A DNA stretch of 64,000 nt, from the NCBI GenBank assembly GCA_038322045.1, contig JBBQFP010000002.1, positions 34,326 to 98,325 of the forward strand, in the 5' to 3' direction. A program made the translations under genes and the position numbers. Numbering within the stretch: the first letter of the stretch is position 1; each line of letters opens with the position of its first letter. This document shows, one piece after another, positions 39,384 to 48,611 of the stretch. Origin of the DNA: Actinomycetes bacterium (GTDB lineage: Bacteria > Actinomycetota > Actinomycetes > JBBQFP01). Below the pieces are notes generated by a model. The model saw nothing but the letters and a program-made list of their open reading frames with translations. It had not been told where the DNA came from and ran no database searches.

Positions 39384-40820
39384 GTGCCGGTCTCAGGCCG
39401 CGACGTCCTCAGCGTCGGCATCGACGTGGGCACGACCACCACACAGGTCGTGTTCTCGCGGTTGTCGCTGCACGACGTCGCGCGCCCGGGACAGATACCC
39501 CGCATCCAGGTCGACGAGAAGTCGGTCGTCTACCGCAGCGAGGTCCACCCGACCCCGCTGACCAGTCCCGACGAGGTCGATGCGCCGGCCCTGGCGGCGA
39601 TCGTGCGCGAGGAGTACCGCCGCGCTGGCATCGAGCCGTCCGCCATCGAGACCGGCGCGGTCATCATCACGGGGGAGACCGCGCGCACCCGCAACGCCGA
39701 CGCTATCCTCGCGGAGCTGTCCAAGGAGGCCGGCGACTTCGTCGTCACGGTCGCCGGCCCGAACGCGGAGGCCCAGATCGCCGGGCGAGGCTCGGGCGTC
39801 GCTCGATGGTCAGCCGACCACTACGAGCAGGTCACCACCGTCGACGTCGGCGGCGGGACGTCGAACGCCGCGGTGTTCAAGATGGGCCGCCACCTGGGCT
39901 CGTCGGCGCTGGCAGTCGGCGGGCGCCAGGTCGAGATCGACAGCAGCGGCCGCGTGCTGCGCATCGCCCCACCGGGACGCTCCCTCGTCGAGGCGCTGGG
40001 ACTCGACCTGCGCGAGGGCGACGTCGCGACGCTGTCATCGTTGCGCCGCTTCTGCGACGTCATGGCCGATCTCATCGCCGACCTCGCTACCGGCCAAGAA
40101 GTCCGGATCGGCCGCGGCGTGCAGCTCACGCCACCGCTGCGCGACACCGCCGCGTCGACGTCGCTGTTCCTCACCGGCGGCGTGGGCGCTTGTTACTACG
40201 GGCGCGCGCCGTTCGGCACGGTCGCCGAGGTCGCGGCGTTTGGCGACGTCGGGCCGCTGCTCGCGGAGTCCTTGCGCCACAACGACCGGCTCGTGCGATT
40301 CACGGTGCGCGAGCCGCCGGAGACGCTGCGGGCCACCGTGCTCGGTGCCGCCGGGCAGACCGTGACGCTGTCGGGCTCCACGATCTGGGCCGACCGGCAG
40401 CTGCTGCCGTTGCGTAATCTGCCGGTGCTGCGTCCCTCGATGCCCGGCCGCGGCGGCGGTCCGCCGTTCGCCGAAGCCGTTGCCGAGGCCCGCAGCCGGT
40501 GGGATCTGGACGCCGATGCGCAGGTCGCGATCGTCGTCGACCTGCCCGCCGAGCTCGGCTACGCCGGGCTGACGGCTGTCGCCGGCGACATCGTGACCTA
40601 CCACGGCACGCGCCACGGCAGCTCACCGCTCGTCCTGGTCATGGCCCAGGACTACGCGCAGGTGCTCGGGCAGACCGTCCAGGCGCTGCGCCCGGGTCTG
40701 CCGCTGCTCGTCATCGACCAGGTCGGGCTCGGCGAGGGCGACTTCGTCGACGTGGGTGTGCCGATGCTGGACGGCCGCGCCGTCCCGCTCTCCATCAAGA
40801 CGCTGGTGTTCTATGACTGA
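39384..40820 (+). CDS. eutA: ethanolamine ammonia-lyase reactivase
   Basis: About 478 aa with EutA-like tandem actin-like ATPase motifs (GIDVGTTTTQ, DVGGGTSN). GTG start directly after the eutN stop. Confidence 0.85.
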   Translation: MPVSGRDVLSVGIDVGTTTTQVVFSRLSLHDVARPGQIPRIQVDEKSVVYRSEVHPTPLTSPDEVDAPALAAIVREEYRRAGIEPSAIETGAVIITGETARTRNADAILAELSKEAGDFVVTVAGPNAEAQIAGRGSGVARWSADHYEQVTTVDVGGGTSNAAVFKMGRHLGSSALAVGGRQVEIDSSGRVLRIAPPGRSLVEALGLDLREGDVATLSSLRRFCDVMADLIADLATGQEVRIGRGVQLTPPLRDTAASTSLFLTGGVGACYYGRAPFGTVAEVAAFGDVGPLLAESLRHNDRLVRFTVREPPETLRATVLGAAGQTVTLSGSTIWADRQLLPLRNLPVLRPSMPGRGGGPPFAEAVAEARSRWDLDADAQVAIVVDLPAELGYAGLTAVAGDIVTYHGTRHGSSPLVLVMAQDYAQVLGQTVQALRPGLPLLVIDQVGLGEGDFVDVGVPMLDGRAVPLSIKTLVFYD

Positions 40821-40853
40821 GTCCCACGCCCGAGGCTCGGGAGCTGAGGCCTG

Positions 40854-42218
40854 ATGCTCGCCGCCACGCTGTTCGGTCACCGGTACGAGTTCCGCGACGT
40901 CAAGGACCTCTTAGCGAAGGCCAACGAGGAGAAGTCCGGCGACCAGCTCGCCGGGATCGCCGCCGAGTCCGCCGCCGAACGCATGGCGGCGAAGTGGGTG
41001 CTGGCCGAGGTGACGCTCGAGACGCTGCGCCAGAATCCCGCCGTCCCGTACGAGCAGGACGAGGTCACGCGCGTCATCGACGACGCCGTCAACGAGACCG
41101 TCTACGGCGACATCAGGGGCATGGCCGTCGGCGAGCTGCGCGAGTGGTTGCTCGCCGACACGACGACCGAAGACATGATCAAGCGCACGTCGCTCGGCCT
41201 GACCGCCGAGATGGTGGCCGCGGTCACCAAGCTGATGTCGAACCTCGACCTCATGCTCGGCGCGAGCAAGATCCGCAACGTCAAGCACTGCAACAACACG
41301 ATCGGGCTTCGCGGCACGCTCGGCAGCCGGTTGCAGCCGAACCACCCCACGGACTCGGTTGAGGGCATCCGCGCCGAGATCTACGAGGGGCTCTCCTTCG
41401 GCTCGGGCGACAGCGTCATCGGCATCAACCCCTCCGACGACTCGATAGGCAGCGTCACGCGGCTCCTGGAGATGACGCACGAGGTCATCACGCGCTGGGA
41501 GATCCCGGCGCAGAACTGCGTGCTCGCCCACGTCTCCACGCAGATGGAAGCGCTCAAGAAGGGCGCGCCGGTCGGGTTGGTGTTCCAGTCCCTGGCCGGC
41601 TCGCAGCTGGGCTGCGAGTCGTTCGGGATCAGCGTCGGCATGCTGGACGAGGCGTACGCGCTGGCGAAGCGCTACTGCTGGACGCCGGGCCCGAACTACA
41701 TGTACTTCGAGACCGGCCAGGGCTCCGAGCTGTCCGCCGACGCGCACCACGGGGCCGACCAGCTCGTCATGGAGGCTCGCTGCTACGGGCTGGCGAGGCG
41801 CTACGACCCGTTCCAGGTCAACACGGTCGTCGGGTTCATCGGTCCGGAGTACCTCTACGACGCCACGCAGATCACCCGGGCCGGGCTCGAGGACCACTTC
41901 ATGGGCAAGCTCACCGGCATCTCGATGGGCTGCGACGTCTGCTACACCAACCACGCCCGCTCGACGCAGAACGAGAACGAGAACCTCGCGGTGCTCCTCG
42001 GCGCGGCCGGCGTGAACTTCATCATGGGCGTCCCGATGGGCGACGACGCGATGCTCAGCTACCAGAGCACCAGCTACCACGACGCGCCGAGCCTGCGCCG
42101 ACTGCTGAACCTGCGCCCCCTCCCGGAGTTCGAGCAGTGGATGACGGACCTGGGCCTGATGCGCGACGGCCGGCTGACCGAACGCGCTGGCGACGCCTCG
42201 TTCTTCCTCGGCCGCTGA
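40854..42218 (+). CDS. eutB: ethanolamine ammonia-lyase large subunit
   Basis: 454 aa with strong EutB similarity over its length. Confidence 0.9.
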   Translation: MLAATLFGHRYEFRDVKDLLAKANEEKSGDQLAGIAAESAAERMAAKWVLAEVTLETLRQNPAVPYEQDEVTRVIDDAVNETVYGDIRGMAVGELREWLLADTTTEDMIKRTSLGLTAEMVAAVTKLMSNLDLMLGASKIRNVKHCNNTIGLRGTLGSRLQPNHPTDSVEGIRAEIYEGLSFGSGDSVIGINPSDDSIGSVTRLLEMTHEVITRWEIPAQNCVLAHVSTQMEALKKGAPVGLVFQSLAGSQLGCESFGISVGMLDEAYALAKRYCWTPGPNYMYFETGQGSELSADAHHGADQLVMEARCYGLARRYDPFQVNTVVGFIGPEYLYDATQITRAGLEDHFMGKLTGISMGCDVCYTNHARSTQNENENLAVLLGAAGVNFIMGVPMGDDAMLSYQSTSYHDAPSLRRLLNLRPLPEFEQWMTDLGLMRDGRLTERAGDASFFLGR

Positions 42219-42228
42219 GGAGCGCGAC

Positions 42229-43251
42229 ATGCCTACCGTTGCCGCCGCCGAGATCCGCGCGATCGTCGCCGAGGTGCTCGCCGAGCTCGCGTCGTCCCGC
42301 GCCGCATCATCGGCCAGCGCGGCGCCGTCCTCGCCGGGCTCGCCGCTGCCCGCCGCTCCCCCGCCGGCCGGCTCGCCGCCCGCGACCACCGCTCCGGCAC
42401 CGCCCAAGGCGATGCCGACCGCGGCCGCGGGCGCAGCCGGCTCCCAGCCCTCGGGACCGACCCCGAGCATCGAGGTCGCCGACCCGACCGTCCCGGCCGC
42501 CCGGCACCGCATCGGCGTTAGCGACCCGGTCAACGCCAGCGGCCTGGAGAACCTCGTGGCCTCCACGACGGCGCGTATCGGCGTCGGCCGCGCCGGCTCT
42601 CGGCCGCCCACGGCGACGACGCTGCTCTTCGGGTCCGACCACGCAGTCACCCAGGACGCCATCTTCGGCACGGTCCCCGACGCGCTGCTCGAGCAGTTCG
42701 GCCTGTTCAGCGTGCAGACCCGGGTCAGCACCCGCGACGAGTACCTGCTGCGTCCGGACCTGGGCCGGCTGCTCTCCGACGATGGTCGGGCTCTGGTCGC
42801 GCAGCGCTGCGCGAAGAACCCCGACGTGCAGATCGTGGTGGGCGACGGCCTGTCCGCGGCGGCGATCACGAACAACCTCGACAAGATCTACCCGGTGCTC
42901 GAGCGCGGCTTCACCTCGGCCGGCGTCTCGCTCGGCACCCCGTTCTTCGTGCGGTTCTGCCGGGTGGGCGTGATCAACGACATCAACGATGTGATCGGCG
43001 CCGGCGTGGTCGTGCTGCTCATCGGCGAGCGGCCGGGACTCGGGGTCGCCGACGCGATGAGCGTCTACTCCGGGTGGCGTCCGACCGCCGGTAAGACCGA
43101 CGCGCACCGCGACGTCGTCTGCATGATCACCGAAAACGGAGGGACGAATCCCATGGAGGCTGGCGCGTTCGTCGTCGAGCATGTGCGGACCGTCCTGAAG
43201 GCACAGGGGAGCGGCGTCGACCTGCGGCTGCAGCAGAGCGCGAGCCGGTGA
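42229..43251 (+). CDS. eutC: ethanolamine ammonia-lyase small subunit with N-terminal extension
   Basis: C-terminal about 240 aa is EutC. The N-terminal about 20 aa amphipathic segment plus a about 70 aa Pro/Ala-rich linker is consistent with a BMC encapsulation peptide. Confidence 0.85.
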   Translation: MPTVAAAEIRAIVAEVLAELASSRAASSASAAPSSPGSPLPAAPPPAGSPPATTAPAPPKAMPTAAAGAAGSQPSGPTPSIEVADPTVPAARHRIGVSDPVNASGLENLVASTTARIGVGRAGSRPPTATTLLFGSDHAVTQDAIFGTVPDALLEQFGLFSVQTRVSTRDEYLLRPDLGRLLSDDGRALVAQRCAKNPDVQIVVGDGLSAAAITNNLDKIYPVLERGFTSAGVSLGTPFFVRFCRVGVINDINDVIGAGVVVLLIGERPGLGVADAMSVYSGWRPTAGKTDAHRDVVCMITENGGTNPMEAGAFVVEHVRTVLKAQGSGVDLRLQQSASR

Positions 43252-43907
43252 TGGGCGTCCTCGACCCGATCCGGGCCACCATCCTCGCCACCCGCGTCAT
43301 CTCGTCGGTCGAGCGCGGCCTCGCCCAGAAGTTCGAGCTCCGTGACGACCAGCACAGCCTCGCGCTGGTCACGTGCGACATCGACGACGTCCTGTACACC
43401 TCGCTCGACGAGGCGACCAAGAAGGCCGACGTCGAGGTCGTCTACGCCCGCAGCTTCTACGCCGGCTCGGCGCACGCCTCCGGACCGCTGTCCGGGGAGA
43501 TCATCGGCGTCTTGGCCGCTCCCGACCCAGAGGAGGCGCGGGCCGGGCTGGCCGCCTGCGTCGACTACGCGATGACGAAGGCGTGGTTCGAGGCGGCCGA
43601 CGAGGCAGGCGACCTCGCGTTCTTCAGCCACCCGATCTCGCGTACCGGCAGCTTCTTGTCCAAGGAGGCCGGCGTCCCGCTCGGCACCTCGCTCGGCTAC
43701 GTCATCGCCCCCCCGCTCGAGGCGACGTTCGCCCTCGACGCCGCGCTGAAGGCCGCGGAGGTCGAGCTCAAGGTGTGGTTCGCACCGCCCTCCGAGACCA
43801 ACTTCTCCGGCGGCTACCTCATCGGCGACCAGAGCGCCGTCGTCGCGGCGTGCAGCGCGTTCCGCGACGCCGTCGTCTCCGTCGCCGCCGGGCCGCGGGA
43901 GGTCTGA
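43248..43907 (+). CDS. eutL: BMC-T shell protein (permuted tandem BMC, EutL)
   Basis: 219 aa that aligns along EutL (LALVTCDIDDVLYTS...VVYARSFYAG...SRTGSFLS). Confidence 0.85.
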   Translation: MMGVLDPIRATILATRVISSVERGLAQKFELRDDQHSLALVTCDIDDVLYTSLDEATKKADVEVVYARSFYAGSAHASGPLSGEIIGVLAAPDPEEARAGLAACVDYAMTKAWFEAADEAGDLAFFSHPISRTGSFLSKEAGVPLGTSLGYVIAPPLEATFALDAALKAAEVELKVWFAPPSETNFSGGYLIGDQSAVVAACSAFRDAVVSVAAGPREV

Positions 43908-45433
43908 TGGGCGCCGTTCACGCCGGCAATGAGCTGGACGCCGACCTGCGCTCGGTCCAGGAGGCCCGGAGCCTCGCGCTGGCCTGCCGGGAGGCACAGC
44001 GGCAGTTCGCGACCGCCACCCAGGAGCAGGTCGATCGCGTCTGCGCGGCCATGGCCGACGCGGTGTACCGCGACGCCGAGCGGCTCGGTCGGCTCGCGCA
44101 CGAGGAGACCGGGTACGGCGTCGCAGCCCACAAGCGGCTGAAGATCGAGTTCGCCTCGCGCACGGTGTGGGAGTCGATCCGAGACCTGCGCACCGTCGGG
44201 GTGCTGCGGCGGGACGACGAGCGCCGGGTCGTCGAGATCGGGTGGCCGGTCGGCGTGATCGTCGGCCTGACGCCGTCGACGAATCCCAACTCCACCGCCG
44301 TGTACAAGGTCCTGATCTCGGTCAAGGCCCGCAACGGGATCATCATCGCCCCGCACCCGGCGGCCGTCCGGTGCTCCTACGAGGCCGTGCGGATCATGGC
44401 CGAGGCCGGCGAGCGCGCGGGTATGCCGCGTGGCCTGGTCGCCTGCATGCAGGAGGTCTCCCTGAAGGGCTCGCAGGAGCTTATGCGCCACGAGGCGACC
44501 TCGTTGATCCTCGCGACGGGCGGCACACCGATGGTCCGGGCGGCGCACAGCACGGGCAAGCCCGCTTTCGGCGTCGGCCCGGGCAACGTGCCGGTGTACG
44601 TCGACCGCAGTGCCGACGTCCCGGCCGCCGCCCGCGCGATCGTCAACAGCAAGGCGTTCGACTCCTCGGTGATCTGCGCGACCGAGCAGGCGGTCGTCGT
44701 CGACCGCCCGGTCGAGGCGGCGCTGCGCGCCGAGATGATCGCCAACGGCGCCTACTGGGTGCCGCCCGCGGACAAGCCGGCGCTGGAGCGCGCGCTTTTC
44801 ACGCCCACGCTCGGCATGGACCCGATGGCCGTCGGGCGCACCCCGCAGCAGCTCGCCGCGAAGGCTGGCATATCGGTGCCCCCCGAGGCACGGATCCTGG
44901 TGGTCGACCTCGACCGGGTCGGGCGCTCGGAGCCGCTGTCCGGCGAGAAGCTCACCACGGTGCTCGGCTTCTACGTCGCGGACGGCTGGCGCGCCGGGTG
45001 CGACCGCGCCGTCGAGCTGCTCCACCACGGCGGCGACGGACACTCGATGGTCATCCACGCCACCGACGAGGACGTCATCCTGACCTTTGGCATCGAGAAG
45101 CCGGCGTTCCGAATCCTCGTCAACACGTGGGGCACGCTCGGCGCGATCGGGGCCACGACAGGCGTGATGCCGGCACTCACGCTGGGTCCCGGCGGCATCG
45201 GCGGCGCGGTCGTCGGCGACAACATCACGACCACCCATCTGCTCAACGTCAAGCGGCTCGCGTACCCGCTGCGGGAGCCGCCGCCGATCGCGTACGAGCT
45301 GGCGCCCGACGTCCGGCCCGGCGCGCCCACAACCGCTCGCGACGGCCGCACGGCCGCTGGCGCTATGGTCCTCGACGAGCAGGTCGAGCGGATCGTGGCC
45401 CGCGTCCTCGCGCAGCTCGGCGGCCGGCCGTGA
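43907..45433 (+). CDS. eutE: CoA-acylating acetaldehyde dehydrogenase
   Basis: ALDH-like EutE/PduP family. 508 aa with a about 45 aa C-terminal extension. ATG overlaps the eutL stop by 1 nt. Confidence 0.85.
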   Translation: MGAVHAGNELDADLRSVQEARSLALACREAQRQFATATQEQVDRVCAAMADAVYRDAERLGRLAHEETGYGVAAHKRLKIEFASRTVWESIRDLRTVGVLRRDDERRVVEIGWPVGVIVGLTPSTNPNSTAVYKVLISVKARNGIIIAPHPAAVRCSYEAVRIMAEAGERAGMPRGLVACMQEVSLKGSQELMRHEATSLILATGGTPMVRAAHSTGKPAFGVGPGNVPVYVDRSADVPAAARAIVNSKAFDSSVICATEQAVVVDRPVEAALRAEMIANGAYWVPPADKPALERALFTPTLGMDPMAVGRTPQQLAAKAGISVPPEARILVVDLDRVGRSEPLSGEKLTTVLGFYVADGWRAGCDRAVELLHHGGDGHSMVIHATDEDVILTFGIEKPAFRILVNTWGTLGAIGATTGVMPALTLGPGGIGGAVVGDNITTTHLLNVKRLAYPLREPPPIAYELAPDVRPGAPTTARDGRTAAGAMVLDEQVERIVARVLAQLGGRP

Positions 45434-45579
45434 CCGCGGACACTGCGTCGGCGCCGAAGACCACCCCTGATCGCGCGCCGGGGCCGGACGCCCGCCGTCC
45501 GGACCGCAGCACCCATCCCCCGCCGCACCGGAGCGACCTTGACGACCCGGCACCACCTCCCCCCGGAAGGACCAGCACA

Positions 45580-45891
45580 GTGGCGACTCCCCAGCTCATC
45601 GCGCTCGGCATGATCGAGACCCGCGGCCTCGTCGGCGCCATCGAAGCCGCCGACGCCATGGTCAAGGCGGCGAACGTGACCCTCATCGGCAAGGAGCAGA
45701 TCGGCGGTGGCTACGTCACCGTGATGGTCCGCGGCGACGTCGGTGCCGTGAAGGCCGCCACCGACGCCGGTGCTGCCGCGGCGCAGCGCGTCGGCGACCT
45801 CGTCAGCGTGCACGTCATCCCCCGGCCGCACGGCGACGTCGAGTTCATCCTGCCGACGACCAGGTCGGGCGGCGTTCCCGACACCATCTGA
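45580..45891 (+). CDS. eutM: BMC-H shell protein (EutM/PduA family)
   Basis: [26 protein letters not shown] canonical BMC (Pfam00936) domain. GTG start with a GGAAGGA RBS. Confidence 0.85.
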   Translation: MATPQLIALGMIETRGLVGAIEAADAMVKAANVTLIGKEQIGGGYVTVMVRGDVGAVKAATDAGAAAAQRVGDLVSVHVIPRPHGDVEFILPTTRSGGVPDTI

Positions 45892-45931
45892 CCCGACCTG
45901 ACCTGCTGGTCGCTGCTGCCGAAGGGTTCCC

Positions 45932-46537
45932 GTGAGGGACGACGATCCCGTCGCGTTCCGCCGTGTCGTCACGGCCGAGGACGTGCTCCGCCTCGTCCGC
46001 GAGGGCGTGGCGGAGCTCGCCGTCGGCCCGGACGACCGGTTCACCTCGCTCGCGCGCGACCTGGTGCGCGAGAAGGGGGTGCGCGTCGTCGTCCGCGACG
46101 CAGCCGGACGCGGCGGTGGTCCCGCACCCGGGCCTGACGTGCCCGCGCTCCCGCCGGTGGCGTCCCGGTCCGGCCCGGCTCGCCGGCTCACCCACGTGGC
46201 CGACGTGCTGCGTCTGACGCTGGACCCCTTCCCGGTCGAGCTCGGCCGGCCGGCGATGGACGTGCGGCTGCGCGACGTCGTGACCGCGCGGGACGGGCTG
46301 CCGATGGCCGCCGGCGTCATGAGCCTGCGGGAGGGCAGCTTTCCCTGGCATCTCGACTACGACGAGGTGGAGTATGTCCTCGAGGGCGAGCTGCACATCA
46401 CGACTCCCGACCAGAAGGTCGTCGGGCGTCCCGGCGATGTCATCGCCGTCCCGAAGGGCTCCTCCATCACCTTCGGGACGCCGTCCTGGGCCAAGTTCCT
46501 CTACGTCACCTACCCCGCGGACTGGAGCGGAGCGTGA
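45932..46537 (+). CDS. eutQ: ethanolamine utilisation cupin protein EutQ
   Basis: C-terminal cupin ([32 protein letters not shown]) and an N-terminal EutQ-type domain (VTAEDV...[24 protein letters not shown]). Confidence 0.75.
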   Translation: MRDDDPVAFRRVVTAEDVLRLVREGVAELAVGPDDRFTSLARDLVREKGVRVVVRDAAGRGGGPAPGPDVPALPPVASRSGPARRLTHVADVLRLTLDPFPVELGRPAMDVRLRDVVTARDGLPMAAGVMSLREGSFPWHLDYDEVEYVLEGELHITTPDQKVVGRPGDVIAVPKGSSITFGTPSWAKFLYVTYPADWSGA

Positions 46538-47367
46538 AGGACGTCGAGTCCACGATGGCGGCAGCCGCAGCGGTGATGGCCACACCGGACCGGCCCGCCG
46601 AGCGCCCCGCCGCGCTGAAGGTCGGGGTCGACCTCGGCACGGCATACACGGTCGTGGTCGCGCTCGACGCCGACGACCGACCGCTCGCCGGCGCCTACGA
46701 GTTCGCCGACGTGGTGCGCGACGGCGTCGTCACGGACTTCCTCGGCGCGGTCGACCTGGTGCGCCGGCTCAAGCGGCAGGTCGAGGACCGACTCGGGTGC
46801 TCGATCGCCGCGGCGCACGGCGCGTTCCCGCCGGGAGTGCCCGCGGCCGAGGTCCGGGCTGTCCGGCACGTCATCGAGGCGTGCGACATGGACTGCTCGG
46901 GGCTGGTCGACGAGCCGTCCGCGGCCAACGCCGTCCTGCAGCTCACCGACGGGGTCGTCGTCGACGTCGGAGGCGGTACCACCGGGATCGCCGTCGTGCG
47001 GGACGGCATCGTCGTGCACACCGCCGACGAGGCCACCGGCGGTACCCACATGACCCTCGTCATTGCCGGGGCGCTCGGCGTGCCGTTCGAGACGGCCGAG
47101 CGGCACAAGCTCGACCCGGCACAGCAGGTGCGCCTGCTCCCGCTGATCCGTCCGGTGATGGAGAAGGTTGCCGAGATCGCGCGGCGCAACACCGCGGGGT
47201 TCGACGTCCCACACATCACCCTCGTCGGAGGCCCCGCGGCCTTCCCCGGCTTTGCCGAGGCGGTGACGGATGCTCTCGGCGTGCCGACCACCGTCCCGCC
47301 GCATCCGCTGTTCGTGACCCCGCTCGGGATCGCGCGGAGCGCGCCCGTGTACGCCCCCCTGTCCTGA
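46534..47367 (+). CDS. eutJ: EutJ (Hsp70/actin-like chaperone)
   Basis: GVDLGTAYT, DVGGGTTGIAV and LVGGPAAFPG actin-fold ATPase motifs. GTG start overlaps the eutQ stop. Confidence 0.8.
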   Translation: MKDVESTMAAAAAVMATPDRPAERPAALKVGVDLGTAYTVVVALDADDRPLAGAYEFADVVRDGVVTDFLGAVDLVRRLKRQVEDRLGCSIAAAHGAFPPGVPAAEVRAVRHVIEACDMDCSGLVDEPSAANAVLQLTDGVVVDVGGGTTGIAVVRDGIVVHTADEATGGTHMTLVIAGALGVPFETAERHKLDPAQQVRLLPLIRPVMEKVAEIARRNTAGFDVPHITLVGGPAAFPGFAEAVTDALGVPTTVPPHPLFVTPLGIARSAPVYAPLS

Positions 47368-47392
47368 CACCGCTCGATCGAGGAGACCTCCC

Positions 47393-48016
47393 GTGGCCGA
47401 CGACCTGGAGCTGCGCTGCTACAGCTACATCGACCGGATGCAGCCGCAGTACGCGTCCTTCGTGGGCACGGTGACCTCCGGGGACCTGCCGGTGGAGGGC
47501 ATGGCCGCCCTGTACGTGGAGATGGCGCCGGGCAACCACGTGTTCCGGGTCGTCGACGTCGCCGTGAAGGCGACCGACGCGCGGCCGGGCGCGCAGATCG
47601 TCGAGCGGCAGTACGGCATGTTCGAGCTGCACTCGCAGTCGCAGGCCGAGGTGCTGCAGGCGGGCGACGCGGTGCTCGCCGAGCTCGGGCTCCGCGCGAC
47701 CGACCGGGTACGACCCAAGATCGCGTCGCTGCAGGTCATCACGAATGTGAGCCCGTACCAGTCGCAGCTGCTCAACCGGTTCACCCGCGGCATGATGCTC
47801 GTCGCCGGCCAGACCATGCTGGTGGTGGAGTGCACGCCCGCCGCGTACATCAACTTCGCCGCGAACGAGGCCGAGAAGGCCGCGACGGTCAACCTCATGC
47901 ACGTCGCGTCCATCGGCATCTTCGGCCGGCTGTGGATGGCCGGCTCCGAGGCCGACATCGTGACCGCGCGTGACGCCGTGGTCTCAGCGCTGGAGGGCAT
48001 CGATGGCCGGGACTGA
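47393..48016 (+). CDS. tandem BMC-domain shell protein (non-permuted BMC-T, PduT/CcmO-like)
   Basis: Two consecutive segments each align to the canonical BMC-H fold (ALYVEMAPGNHVFRVVDVAVKATDA... and LVVECTPAAYINFAANEAEKAATV...). A Cys is present in the second domain. Confidence 0.65.
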   Translation: MADDLELRCYSYIDRMQPQYASFVGTVTSGDLPVEGMAALYVEMAPGNHVFRVVDVAVKATDARPGAQIVERQYGMFELHSQSQAEVLQAGDAVLAELGLRATDRVRPKIASLQVITNVSPYQSQLLNRFTRGMMLVAGQTMLVVECTPAAYINFAANEAEKAATVNLMHVASIGIFGRLWMAGSEADIVTARDAVVSALEGIDGRD

Positions 48017-48350
48017 CGCGCAGCGGCGCCGCTTCGTCACCCGCGCCCACGTCGAGGACGCGGCCGCCACGGGGCAAGCCCTGCGCCTCGGCCCGCGCGA
48101 CGTGCTCACCGACGAGGCGGGGACCCGCGCCCGCGACCTCGGCGTGGCGATCGAACGGGACGGCGCGCCGGCCGGGGCTCCCGGTCGCCGCCCTACGCAG
48201 GCCCCTGCCGCGTCAGGCGCCGCGACATCGCAGGGCGAGGACGCGCTGCGTGTCGCCGTCCGGGCCGCCGTCGTCGCCGAGCTCGGCGCGGGCACGCCGG
48301 GCATCGATGCCGCGATCGACCGGGTCTTCGCCCGCCGCGCCAGCCGCTAG
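48003..48350 (+). CDS. small protein with an EutQ N-terminal-like domain only
   Basis: RRRFVTRAHVEDAAATGQALRLGPRDVLTDEAGTRARDLGVAIE shares the motif of the EutQ N-domain and is followed by an Ala-rich tail. Overlaps the BMC-T 3-prime end by 14 nt. Confidence 0.4.
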   Translation: MAGTDAQRRRFVTRAHVEDAAATGQALRLGPRDVLTDEAGTRARDLGVAIERDGAPAGAPGRRPTQAPAASGAATSQGEDALRVAVRAAVVAELGAGTPGIDAAIDRVFARRASR

Positions 48351-48611
48351 GACTCGACCAGCCACCGCGCCTGGTACGGCCGCCAGTGCTCGGCCACGCC
48401 GAACAGCTCGAGCAGCGGTCCGAGCGGGTGCTCCCGCAGCACGTGCAAGACCCCGAAGCGGCGTGACCCTCCCCCTGCCGCGCCGGCCGCCGCCGCGTCG
48501 TCGTCGTCGATCGCCCTCCCGATGTCGTCGTGGCAGCGCATGTAAGTGATCCACGCTGTCGTCCCCCGTTTTGGGCCAGGGGTGGGAGACGGACACGGCG
48601 TGCGAGCGCGG

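Noticed and set aside
40911-42884. 657-aa minus-strand ORF opposite eutB/eutC
   Set aside because: Antisense shadow ORF. eutB and eutC on the plus strand have strong family similarity.
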